Both the position numbers and the translations under genes were made by a program. From a virus: a DNA stretch of 64,000 bases. Shown here piece after piece: positions 8,556 through 17,688 of the stretch (position 1 is the first letter of the stretch; each line of letters starts with the position of its first letter). A model generated the notes under the pieces. The model ran no database searches and had not been told where the DNA came from. It was given only the letters and a program-made list of their open reading frames with translations. The stretch lies in IMG/VR virus record IMGVR_UViG_3300026183_000827. One strand, written 5' to 3'.

Positions 8556-10115
8556 ATGGCATTACGTCTAAGAAGAGGAACAGACGCAGAACGTCAGTTA
8601 ATAACCCCTTTAGAAGGTGAGTTAGTTTATGTTACGGATACAAAGTCCTTATATGTAGGCGATGGAAACACACAAGGCGGGGTTCTTATTGCTACTTCTG
8701 GGGAAGTTTCCAATACATTAGCAGGATTATTAGATACAGACTTTGTTGCATTACAAGATGGTGATGTAATACGATATGACCAAACAACAGGAGAATGGAT
8801 TAATTCTCAATCTGCATTAGAACTTGATGATATATTAGATGTATTATTAACAGGATCTGTATACGGAGATGTACTTTTTTATGACGGTAACAACTGGAAA
8901 AATTTAGCATCTACGGATCTTGTAGATGATGCAATTAGTGCAATTACGCTAAACGAAATTAACGGTGTTATATATACTAGAACTCCTAAATACGGAGACG
9001 TTTTAACACACGACGGTAACACATGGAAAAATTTAGATATTAAAGATTATGCTGATTATATTCTAAGCAAATCTCAATCTCATAGGCTTACTTTAGTAGG
9101 CAACGATAGTACAATTCTAGTTGATCCAGTAACAAATACACTAAGAGGTACACTAGAAGGTGATGTTTACGGTACATTATACGACGGTCTAGGTAATTTA
9201 ATCATCGACGAATTTAGTAAAGCTGCTCTTGTAGATGTTAGAGATCCTACTAATACACATACAGTTTTAGATAACTTTACAGGTGAATTAAAAAGAGGCG
9301 AAAACGGACAAACAATTATTCAAGGTGGGGCTTCGCCAGTATTCATTGGTAGCGTAGATGGGCCTGTAAGAGGTACTGTTGTAGGTCCAGATTTAAACAT
9401 CATTCTTAACCATGATACAGCAACACTAACAGGCCAATTAATTGGTAGTGTATTTACAGATGACAGTTTAACAGTAGTTGATGGCCTAACAGGTAATGTT
9501 AATACACCGTTACTAACAGCTGATGACATTAATGCTTCTATAATTACAGCTAGTTTAACTGATCCATTTTCGGGTGATGTAAAAGACGTTGAATTTGTTT
9601 CTTCAGAAACCGAAGACGTAGGTATAAGAATATTTAGACAAGCACAGGTTGCAGATGCATTACAAACAGATATTGGTACAATATATTTTGATTCTGTAGA
9701 CAAAAACGCAGGCGACTTTCAAAGTACTGGATCTTACATTACGTCAACAGCACAGCAAAACGGTACAGATCCATATCTAAAAACAAAAATTAGCATGGGT
9801 ACTATTGACGGTGCTGGTAATCCTACTTCAGACAACAACTTTACTATTACTTGGGAAGGTAATTTTGGTGTAGGTAAAGATGATCCTAGTACTAAACTCG
9901 ATGTTAATGGAGATATTAAAGCTTCGAATTCAATAGCACCTGGTTCTTTTGCAGATGCAACAGCACGAGATGCTACAATAACATCACCAGCAGCAGGTAT
10001 GATTGTTTTTTTACAAGATAATCAAGGCTTCTTTGCATATGTTGACGACACAGGACTAGCGGGCGGTGGACCATCAAATGCTACACCTGGTTGGTTACAA
10101 CTAAGTTACATTTAA
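8556..10115 (+). CDS. Tail fibre / receptor-binding-like protein
   Basis: N-terminus LRLRRGT..GELVY.TD...LYVGDG (Mtd N-terminal-like fibre anchor), three GDV..YD/HD....W.N repeats, G.G...P...LDVNG fibre motif. Confidence 0.75.
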   Translation: MALRLRRGTDAERQLITPLEGELVYVTDTKSLYVGDGNTQGGVLIATSGEVSNTLAGLLDTDFVALQDGDVIRYDQTTGEWINSQSALELDDILDVLLTGSVYGDVLFYDGNNWKNLASTDLVDDAISAITLNEINGVIYTRTPKYGDVLTHDGNTWKNLDIKDYADYILSKSQSHRLTLVGNDSTILVDPVTNTLRGTLEGDVYGTLYDGLGNLIIDEFSKAALVDVRDPTNTHTVLDNFTGELKRGENGQTIIQGGASPVFIGSVDGPVRGTVVGPDLNIILNHDTATLTGQLIGSVFTDDSLTVVDGLTGNVNTPLLTADDINASIITASLTDPFSGDVKDVEFVSSETEDVGIRIFRQAQVADALQTDIGTIYFDSVDKNAGDFQSTGSYITSTAQQNGTDPYLKTKISMGTIDGAGNPTSDNNFTITWEGNFGVGKDDPSTKLDVNGDIKASNSIAPGSFADATARDATITSPAAGMIVFLQDNQGFFAYVDDTGLAGGGPSNATPGWLQLSYI

Positions 10116-10130
10116 ACCATAATAATTAAT

Positions 10131-10173
10131 AATACTCCTTTGTGTTAATAAATAATATACACATCGGAGCATT
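10131..10173 (+). promoter_or_regulatory. SD-sequestering hairpin with ATAAATA motif in its loop
   Basis: CTCC(10135-38)-tt-TGTGT(10141-45) pairs with ACACA(10159-63)-tc-GGAG(10166-69); ATAAATA at 10148-10154. Confidence 0.55.
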
Positions 10174-10174
10174 T

Positions 10175-10921
10175 ATGAATCATAATACTGTTGTAAGATC
10201 TCTTCAAATTTTAACTCACTTACTTGCACTATACGGTGTGTATTATAGTGTAGTAAATTCAGCATGGGCATTTTTAGGAACGAGTGTATTAGTATACTGG
10301 TTTATAGGAGTCTTTGGAATTAATATAGGATATCATAGACTGATATCACATAGAAGTTTTGAAACATACAAACCTATTGAATATTTACTTGCACTAATAG
10401 GTTGCATAACTTCAATTGGTAGTCCATTAGCATGGAGTGTTTTACATAGGCATCATCACGGTCATGCTGAAAAAGATACAGATGTTCATAGTCCTTATCA
10501 TTTAGGATGGTTTAGAGCCTGGTTTGGATTGTGGAGTGTTCCGCATATTAGTCCTAAGCTGTCAAGAGATCTAAGAAAAATAAAGTTTTATAGATTTACA
10601 CACAAATATTATTTACATATAATTGCTTTATATATTCTAATACTTGCACTAATTGACCCGTTATTTATTGTTTATGTGTATGCAATACCTGCTGTATTAG
10701 TGCTACATAGCACTAGCGCAATAATAGTAATAGCTCATATGCACGGATACAAAACACATAACACAGATGATGAAAGTCGTAACAGTTGGATTGCAAGTTT
10801 AATTACACTAGGTGAAGGTTGGCACAACAATCATCATAACAATAGTAAAGCATGGAACAACCAAGAGCGTTGGTGGGAACTTGATCCGCCTGCTTGGATA
10901 ATTAGAGCTATAAAAAAATGA
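10175..10921 (+). CDS. Membrane fatty-acid desaturase (delta-9/OLE1/DesC-like), copy 1
   Basis: His boxes YHRLISH, HRHHH, GEGWHNNHH; WWELDP; hydrophobic segments. Start set at ATG 10175 (GGAG SD). Confidence 0.9.
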   Translation: MNHNTVVRSLQILTHLLALYGVYYSVVNSAWAFLGTSVLVYWFIGVFGINIGYHRLISHRSFETYKPIEYLLALIGCITSIGSPLAWSVLHRHHHGHAEKDTDVHSPYHLGWFRAWFGLWSVPHISPKLSRDLRKIKFYRFTHKYYLHIIALYILILALIDPLFIVYVYAIPAVLVLHSTSAIIVIAHMHGYKTHNTDDESRNSWIASLITLGEGWHNNHHNNSKAWNNQERWWELDPPAWIIRAIKK

Positions 10922-11664
10922 ATTACGGAACAAAAGTACAATTATTAACATTGTTAAATCATATAGTTTTAGCTATTGGCATTTACTATACTAATAACTG
11001 GTCACTATTATGGTTAGGATTATTAATGTATTTGTTTGTAGGACTTTTTGCAGCAAATATATCTATGCATAGATATTTGTCTCACAGAAGTTTTGAAACT
11101 GGACCATTGCGTGAAAAGTTTTTAAAATATGTAAGTGTACTTGCATGTTTTGGAAGTCCTTTAAGTTGGGCTGCGCTACATAGACATCATCACAAAACAA
11201 GCGACACAGAATTAGACATACAAAATCCAAAAACTATAGGAGCTCTCAGAAGCTGGAGTAGCTTATATCCCGAAACAAATATAAGTCCAAGACTTGTAGG
11301 CGATATGTTACGAGACAAAGATATAAAATTTATTCATAATAATTATTTTACAATTATAACAGTAATTTATATTATATTATTTTTAATTGATCCTATGTTA
11401 CTAGTTTGGGGATTTGTTTTTCCAGCAGTATTAAGTTTTCACGGAGCGGCAGCAATAGGTGTTATTCCACATTACCAATGGGCTGGTTATAAAGTAGTAG
11501 AATCTAATGATGACAGTGTTAACAGTCCACTTGCATGTCTTTTAAGTTTAGGTGAAGGATGGCACAACTATCATCACTATAAATCTGCAGATTATAGACA
11601 CGGACACAAATGGTGGGAATTAGACCCTAGTGCTTGGATAATTGAAAGGATATTTTTAAAATGA
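10918..11664 (+). CDS. Membrane fatty-acid desaturase (delta-9/OLE1/DesC-like), copy 2
   Basis: MHRYLSH, HRHHH, GEGWHNYHH, WWELDP. Confidence 0.9.
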   Translation: MNYGTKVQLLTLLNHIVLAIGIYYTNNWSLLWLGLLMYLFVGLFAANISMHRYLSHRSFETGPLREKFLKYVSVLACFGSPLSWAALHRHHHKTSDTELDIQNPKTIGALRSWSSLYPETNISPRLVGDMLRDKDIKFIHNNYFTIITVIYIILFLIDPMLLVWGFVFPAVLSFHGAAAIGVIPHYQWAGYKVVESNDDSVNSPLACLLSLGEGWHNYHHYKSADYRHGHKWWELDPSAWIIERIFLK

Positions 11665-12218
11665 CACCAGATGATTACTATATGAACTTTGCCTACGTTA
11701 GTGAAAAATGGCTGTTTGAATATATGACAGAACATTATGCTAACTCAGATAACACTGAATGGTTAGAACAAATAGAAGACGAACTTAAACATACTAAAAT
11801 GTGTCAAGGTGCTTTACGTAAACAAGGTGTTGACTATTACGACGATACAAAGTATAGTATAGAAGCAGCAATATATGGAGATTTAGGAAATTTTTATCCT
11901 ACTAATGATGAAGAGTTTAGTGCGCTAAGTTGGATTGTAGAAAAACGTGCATTATTCTTGTATCGTTATTATATGCGTAACGGCAATAATGATTTGTATA
12001 GAAAAATTACACAAGGTATTATTGACGATGAAATGAAACATGTCGGCTTTCATAACGAAGAAATAACACCTTCACACAAACGTATAAGAGAAATTGATAA
12101 AGCAATATTTACAGCATTTAACGAAACTTATGGACGCAAAGGAATGTTTGGTCAACAATTTTGGGAAGATTTGTTTACTGGAAAAATTAAGGACAAAGTA
12201 GATGTCAAACTACCTTGA
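11661..12218 (+). CDS. Ferritin-like di-iron carboxylate protein
   Basis: Two E...DExxH units: SEKW...EDELKH and VEKRA...DDEMKH. Confidence 0.65.
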   Translation: MTPDDYYMNFAYVSEKWLFEYMTEHYANSDNTEWLEQIEDELKHTKMCQGALRKQGVDYYDDTKYSIEAAIYGDLGNFYPTNDEEFSALSWIVEKRALFLYRYYMRNGNNDLYRKITQGIIDDEMKHVGFHNEEITPSHKRIREIDKAIFTAFNETYGRKGMFGQQFWEDLFTGKIKDKVDVKLP

Positions 12219-12966
12219 TTACGTTTCAAATACTAGTTGGGTAGATATTACTCCAATGTTTTCAGTTTGTCCTGTAGATAAAATTATGCAGGAAATACAT
12301 TCCGTTGAAAATATGTTTTTAGAAGAACGTGATCCAGAACAGTATAAAACTATGCAAGAAAAAGGTGCTACAGGCATCGGTGAACATTTTGATAATCAAA
12401 AGAATTGGGAAGCTGTAACATTGTTTAGTAGTACAGGTGACTACAAAGATATTTTAACACAGGGAATTTTACCTAATCAAGACCTTAAAACATATATGGA
12501 AAGTTTTAGAAACTTACGTAATCATAAATGGACACAACTAGCAAAATTAATGCCAAATACTGTAAAATGGATTAAAGATGAAATTGGTCAGTATATGCAA
12601 TTTAGTTATATTAAAATTGCTAAACTAGGACCTGGTGGAGATGTGCCTGTGCATACAGATGTTCCGCACGAAGATTTTGATTTTTTAAATACACAGAATA
12701 CATATAATATGCTTAATAGTTTTTTAGTAGAACTAAACTTTCCTAAAGGCGTTACAGCATGGCACGACGGTGTTGAATTGCCATATCAACAAGGAAGTAT
12801 TATATTTTGTAACCAAAGTAAATCACATGGCACAATAAATCGTAGTAATGAAACACGATATAATTTAAGAATACAAGGTTTGCATAATAAAAAATTTAGA
12901 AACGACTTAATGCAATTGGCTAAAAATTACAATATGTACCCTTCTACAAGCACTCAATACCTGTAA
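12202..12966 (+). CDS. Asp/Asn beta-hydroxylase-like 2OG-Fe(II) oxygenase
   Basis: AKLGPGG.VPVHTD, distal SHGTIN...RYNL. Confidence 0.75.
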   Translation: MSNYLDYVSNTSWVDITPMFSVCPVDKIMQEIHSVENMFLEERDPEQYKTMQEKGATGIGEHFDNQKNWEAVTLFSSTGDYKDILTQGILPNQDLKTYMESFRNLRNHKWTQLAKLMPNTVKWIKDEIGQYMQFSYIKIAKLGPGGDVPVHTDVPHEDFDFLNTQNTYNMLNSFLVELNFPKGVTAWHDGVELPYQQGSIIFCNQSKSHGTINRSNETRYNLRIQGLHNKKFRNDLMQLAKNYNMYPSTSTQYL

Positions 12967-13526
12967 TGTACACATACAAAAATTATCCAATAAACGAATA
13001 TTACAAAATAAAACCAGATGTAGAATACATACTGGAAAGAATGTACAAAGATAAATTAAATTCAAATTATACTAAAGAAAATTTTTATAAAGACGATCAT
13101 TTATTTGTAAGTATAATTTATAAGTATAATCAACCTTTCGAAGCTAGTACTGTTATTACACGTAATATGTTTAATAATGGTTGTAGAGTTTTAAATAGAT
13201 TAATGGTTACTCCAACATGGCGAGAAAAAGGAACAGCAGTTGGTATACCAGAAACAACTCTTACTATGCTAAAAAGTCAAATAGAATTTGCTAGAGATAA
13301 ATTTGATTTTGCATTTATAAGCAGAGAATTTAATACTTATAGATTTTGTAAAAGATTTGCAAAGGATGCAACTAATTTTTTGGACGAACCTTGGCATTAC
13401 GAAACTGATAGATTTTTAGTTTGTAATGATACAAGTAAAAATAGTCCGTGTTGGCAAAACATAGCATGGACTAAATTTACAAATCTTGATATTTTTCCTT
13501 TACAACCTCAGTCATCTTACCACTAA
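12966..13526 (+). CDS. Putative GNAT-fold N-acyltransferase
   Basis: RVLNRLMVTPTWREKG resembles GNAT motif A (V.P..R..G); size fits. Confidence 0.45.
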   Translation: MYTYKNYPINEYYKIKPDVEYILERMYKDKLNSNYTKENFYKDDHLFVSIIYKYNQPFEASTVITRNMFNNGCRVLNRLMVTPTWREKGTAVGIPETTLTMLKSQIEFARDKFDFAFISREFNTYRFCKRFAKDATNFLDEPWHYETDRFLVCNDTSKNSPCWQNIAWTKFTNLDIFPLQPQSSYH

Positions 13527-14316
13527 GACACTCTCCATTTGCACTCATAAAAATTAAATCTGTAGGATTATCTGTACATTGTAATTGTACATCTCTATAA
13601 TTATTCCACAAATAATCGTTAGGATACTTTTTCATAAGCATTGCTGCTAATGCCATGTTTCCAACAGGCAAATATGCAACATCATTTAAAAGTCCTTTGT
13701 CAATAATATAATCTTTGGCATACCATAAACCTAGACGATTAAGAGCTAATCCAAAGTTTTTAGAAAAACTAAAAAATATATTAGTCGCGCTTTTAGGTAT
13801 TTTAAATTCAACAGGCTTACTAGCACCATAGTATGCACAATCTAGCCAGCATTCAATTTCTTCTTGATGACACTTTTCTAATAATTGATGTTGTAATTCG
13901 TGTATTTTGCCATCTCTACAAAAAGGCAAACTAGTTACAAATACGCAATCGTCAGTTAAATCATTAATATCTTTAACCCATACAATGTCAATACCATGCT
14001 TGCTTGCAATAAAAGGATACCAACGATATTCGTTTTCAACCATTGCAAGTTTCTTATTTGTATGCGATAAAGCTATTAAACACTGCGTTATAGCTTCTGT
14101 ACTACCGTTTACAGCGTACTTTCCAAAGTTTGGTAGTTTGATGCCAACCCAGGATTCAAACGTGTTGTAGAAGTCATCTATAGCTTCAAAACGTTTACTT
14201 ACGTCCCAATCTTGATCAAAATAAAAATACTTTTGCATAGGAAAATTCATAATATCATTATGAATTTCAGGCGGTCTAAACGGTACTATTACATCTGTGA
14301 TCGATTTGATTCTCAT
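13477..14316 (-). CDS. PLP-dependent fold-type I aminotransferase/decarboxylase-like enzyme (short)
   Basis: NGSTEAI, WLDCAY (PLP Asp), SFSKNFGL..NRLG (Schiff-base Lys). Confidence 0.8.
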   Translation of the reverse strand: MRIKSITDVIVPFRPPEIHNDIMNFPMQKYFYFDQDWDVSKRFEAIDDFYNTFESWVGIKLPNFGKYAVNGSTEAITQCLIALSHTNKKLAMVENEYRWYPFIASKHGIDIVWVKDINDLTDDCVFVTSLPFCRDGKIHELQHQLLEKCHQEEIECWLDCAYYGASKPVEFKIPKSATNIFFSFSKNFGLALNRLGLWYAKDYIIDKGLLNDVAYLPVGNMALAAMLMKKYPNDYLWNNYRDVQLQCTDNPTDLIFMSANGECLSGKMTEVVKEKYQDL

Positions 14317-14894
14317 TATAAATCCTTCCTTAATAAATTATCACATAGATATTCAAAGCTATAACTTTCATCCCAATGAAAGCTCATTACAATCCTAGAC
14401 CCAGGATTTTCATTTATAACTTGATGCCACGCTGTTGCCCTAAAAAGGCCGCCGCAAGTTGTACTAGGATACCAACGTTCGCACACTTCATAATTGCCTT
14501 CTTCGCTATCCCAAAATTTAACATAACTCTTTTCCCATTCTCCATAAACAGGAAAATTGAGTGCTCCTACACGTTCAGCAATATCAACATGTATTGGTCC
14601 TATACCTGCATCGCTTTTTATAAAAGCAGCATATTTAGGTTCTATTGCTAGTTTATCTGTAATAGGTTTAAAATATTCCCATCTTGAATCATCTTTATCG
14701 CAATAATGCATCTGTATACCATAAGGGCCAATATTAAACCAACCTTTGTTAGCAGCAAGTATATTATCAACTTGTGGTTCATTTGAATGAAAGGGGTCAG
14801 GCAGATTATCTAACAAATATTTTTGTCCAAATTCTAAAGTACATTGTAATTCAGGAAATTCTTTAAAATAGATCATTTGTTTCTCTCCAATCAC
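14316..14894 (-). CDS. 2OG-Fe(II) oxygenase / cupin
   Basis: PIHVD, WHQVIN...RIVMSF; start may be ATG 14876. Confidence 0.65.
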   Translation of the reverse strand: MIGEKQMIYFKEFPELQCTLEFGQKYLLDNLPDPFHSNEPQVDNILAANKGWFNIGPYGIQMHYCDKDDSRWEYFKPITDKLAIEPKYAAFIKSDAGIGPIHVDIAERVGALNFPVYGEWEKSYVKFWDSEEGNYEVCERWYPSTTCGGLFRATAWHQVINENPGSRIVMSFHWDESYSFEYLCDNLLRKDL

Positions 14895-15582
14895 TCTCCA
14901 TTATCATTCCTGTAAGAGTAACACGAATATTTTCGCCTGCATCTTTATCTACTGCTGTAATACCGTGTACAACTTTTTTATTGATTAAAATTAATCTATT
15001 AGGTTTAGGAGAAACAAATGTACCTAGACCGTAATCAATTATAGGCTGATATTTTTTTCCTTGTTGAAACATTTCCATAGGACTATTGGTATCTGTATAA
15101 CAATCATGATGAACAGTACCATCTTCTAAAGGTAAAACTTGTTGATAATTTATACTACCTAATGGCAATATTAAAAGTGTGCTATCCCAATTTATTTGCC
15201 AATGCCTATGCAAATAATATGTATAGGTAGTAAATCCTAAATCATTATGCCATGGATTTTTACTACCTACAGGATATGCATGACACCGCATTGCAATTTC
15301 TATATAATCTTTAGCGAAAGGTTGTGCTTCAGGACATGTATCAAGAAATTTTGTAAAGTGTTTAAACCATAAATCACTGTTATCATTAAAAGGACCTTTG
15401 GTTAACCAACGTTTATTGTTCTTGTAATTTGCGCCATCAGTATAGTGCCAAAATTTATCATCAGCACCTGTTTGACTCCACTTGTCTACTTGTACTTGAT
15501 TCCAAATTTTATCCCAAATATCTTGTGGCAAAAAATCATCTATTACAAGTGCTTCAGGTGTATTCATTACAATGTTATACAT
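14863..15582 (-). CDS. 2OG-Fe(II) oxygenase (prolyl-hydroxylase-like)
   Basis: PWHND, PKPNRLI...VHGI...RVTL. Confidence 0.75.
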   Translation of the reverse strand: MYNIVMNTPEALVIDDFLPQDIWDKIWNQVQVDKWSQTGADDKFWHYTDGANYKNNKRWLTKGPFNDNSDLWFKHFTKFLDTCPEAQPFAKDYIEIAMRCHAYPVGSKNPWHNDLGFTTYTYYLHRHWQINWDSTLLILPLGSINYQQVLPLEDGTVHHDCYTDTNSPMEMFQQGKKYQPIIDYGLGTFVSPKPNRLILINKKVVHGITAVDKDAGENIRVTLTGMIMESDWRETNDLF

Positions 15583-16609
15583 AGGACTCTCTATCGCCTT
15601 CTCTAGTAAGGTCTAGTGTTACACAATGTAAACCGCTATCCCAAAAGTACTTATGTCTAAAATCAAAAGGAATCATATCAACACCGTGTTTTTTGAGCTT
15701 GTGCTCTACATCAGGATCGTAGCCGTTAGTTATTACAGTATTAGCATCTATACTTACTACATTAATATCAAATACAGTTTCATCTACATAGCCTATCCAA
15801 TGATCTAACCAACTTGTAACTTTGTCTTTGTAAAAGTGTTGAATTTTAATATCATTAAAATAATCAGGTAAAGGCTTACGTTCTAGTTTAATATAGTCCC
15901 AACTTTTTAATTCTTCTGGTATTGCGCCCGGATCCCAACAAAATAATAGTCCAGGCTTAATAAGTGCAATTTTTCCGTCTGCATGTCCTGTTCTTGGTAT
16001 TTCTGTCCACTTAACATTGTAACCAATATTGCGTTTAATCCAGTCTAATCCTGCTTGTGTTCCCCTGCCATGTTGCCCTGGAGCATATGGTTGTGTATGT
16101 AACAGTGTATCTCCGCATTTAATAATATTTGCAGCATGCCAGAGTATTTGTCCTTCTAGTTGTTCATACTCTTTGTAGTCGCTTGTTAGTAATGGCTTAG
16201 GCATACTAATATAGTTACGACCTTGTTTAAACTTTTCTAACATAATATCTAGAAAGTAATCACTTTCAGTATACCTATTACAATCTCCGCCAATAGTTCC
16301 AAGAATAGTATTTCCGTATACTACATGAAAATCTCTAGGACATATAGCAGGATAAGGAAACTTAGAATTCCATGTTCTTGTATTTTCTTTTAGTAAAGGA
16401 AGTTTCCTAGGCCTATGTACTTGTACACCGTGTTGTTCAAATATTCCTGCAAGTTTAGAAAAGTCTTGTTCAGTCTCTTCTAATATTTTGCCCATGCCAT
16501 CTACAAATTCGTTATCGTTAAATTGATTTAACGAATCTAGATCGTATGTAGATCCTACTATAACTTCTTTTAATTTATCCCATTCTGTCCAAATCATACC
16601 TGGTTCCAC
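15575..16609 (-). CDS. Amidinotransferase (glycine / inosamine-phosphate amidinotransferase family)
   Basis: EWDKLKEVIVG, CPRD, GHADG (catalytic His), SGLHCVTLD (catalytic Cys). Confidence 0.85.
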   Translation of the reverse strand: MEPGMIWTEWDKLKEVIVGSTYDLDSLNQFNDNEFVDGMGKILEETEQDFSKLAGIFEQHGVQVHRPRKLPLLKENTRTWNSKFPYPAICPRDFHVVYGNTILGTIGGDCNRYTESDYFLDIMLEKFKQGRNYISMPKPLLTSDYKEYEQLEGQILWHAANIIKCGDTLLHTQPYAPGQHGRGTQAGLDWIKRNIGYNVKWTEIPRTGHADGKIALIKPGLLFCWDPGAIPEELKSWDYIKLERKPLPDYFNDIKIQHFYKDKVTSWLDHWIGYVDETVFDINVVSIDANTVITNGYDPDVEHKLKKHGVDMIPFDFRHKYFWDSGLHCVTLDLTREGDRESYV

Positions 16610-17223
16610 TGCGATGCAACATATTCTCCGCGAGAGGCTACATTCATTCCTATGCTTATTCTAATATCGTCTGATACATTACGCTCTGTTTTGTGTCGTA
16701 TATAGCCAGGAAACATTATCAAGTCTCCTTGCTGTATTTTCATTCTTTGTTCAAATTCATCAAAAGGAAAATTAATAGGTTGTGAACCTAATAATGCTTC
16801 TAAAGGATGCTGTATAATTAAGTCTCCCGAACCTTCTGTTTTATCAAGATAGTATACTGCTGTAATAGGTGTAGGGCCATGAAAATGACTAGGAACATAA
16901 CCATCTTTTCTACTAATAGTAGCCCACATTTCTTGTATATAAGGTTTAATGTTAGGATGATAATTTAGATCTTTCCAATACTCTGCAATACAAGGACTAA
17001 TAGCGTTAACTAGCTGATCAGTTTCTTTCCAATTTTGCATGTGGCGTTCTATACCATATGTGTTTATAGTACTAGCATCGTTCATACCTACAACACTTAT
17101 ATGATCGCCGTAACTATCAATATTTAATAGTTCAAGTACCCGTGATCTAAAACTTGACACATCTATACCTTGTAAATTCTTTTTATAAACAGGTATACTA
17201 AAAAGTTGCTGTACATTACTCAT
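16594..17223 (-). CDS. Putative 2OG-Fe(II) oxygenase
   Basis: LFSIPVY N-terminus, SHFHG, GDLIMFPGYIRH...RISI. Confidence 0.8.
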   Translation of the reverse strand: MSNVQQLFSIPVYKKNLQGIDVSSFRSRVLELLNIDSYGDHISVVGMNDASTINTYGIERHMQNWKETDQLVNAISPCIAEYWKDLNYHPNIKPYIQEMWATISRKDGYVPSHFHGPTPITAVYYLDKTEGSGDLIIQHPLEALLGSQPINFPFDEFEQRMKIQQGDLIMFPGYIRHKTERNVSDDIRISIGMNVASRGEYVASQWNQV

Positions 17224-17656
17224 TGTTCATAATCTCTTTATAATAATCTTCAGGCCAATCATCATAATACGTTGTATCTAAAAGTACTTGTCTTTTTATT
17301 TCGATATCGTCTTTTTTTTGTATTAGAACACAGTTTGTAAAATTTTTAACAAAATGACCACTTTGTGGTGTACTTAAAAAGTATAGTAAGTGTGGATTTA
17401 ATTTTCTTAAATCCGCTAATTCATCTTCTATTCCAGAAGTAAACTCTCCTAACCATGCAATACCTATATCATAGTTTTCTTCATCAAATTCTAAAAACTC
17501 TCCGTATATACCTCTAGGAGCATTTATAAACTGTATACGGTCTTGCAATCGTGCTTTACGTGCAAATGGACATATAGGATATCCATTTCCTCTAGTGGGT
17601 TCTATTTTGTCTTGTACCCATTCTAGAAATTGGGTTTTAAAGGTCTCAAAAGTCAT
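17216..17656 (-). CDS. Hypothetical protein with PICPFA motif
   Basis: 146-aa ORF; CPFA motif reminiscent of DUF1415-like proteins; first gene after a TATAAATA motif. Confidence 0.7.
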   Translation of the reverse strand: MTFETFKTQFLEWVQDKIEPTRGNGYPICPFARKARLQDRIQFINAPRGIYGEFLEFDEENYDIGIAWLGEFTSGIEDELADLRKLNPHLLYFLSTPQSGHFVKNFTNCVLIQKKDDIEIKRQVLLDTTYYDDWPEDYYKEIMNNE

Positions 17657-17667
17657 AATTATAGAAA

Positions 17668-17675
17668 TATTTATA
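17668..17675 (-). promoter_or_regulatory. T4 late-promoter consensus TATAAATA
   Basis: Reverse complement of TATTTATA in the 32-nt gap, 12 nt upstream of the ATG at 17656; no clear SD. Confidence 0.6.
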
Positions 17676-17688
17676 GATAAGGTATTTT

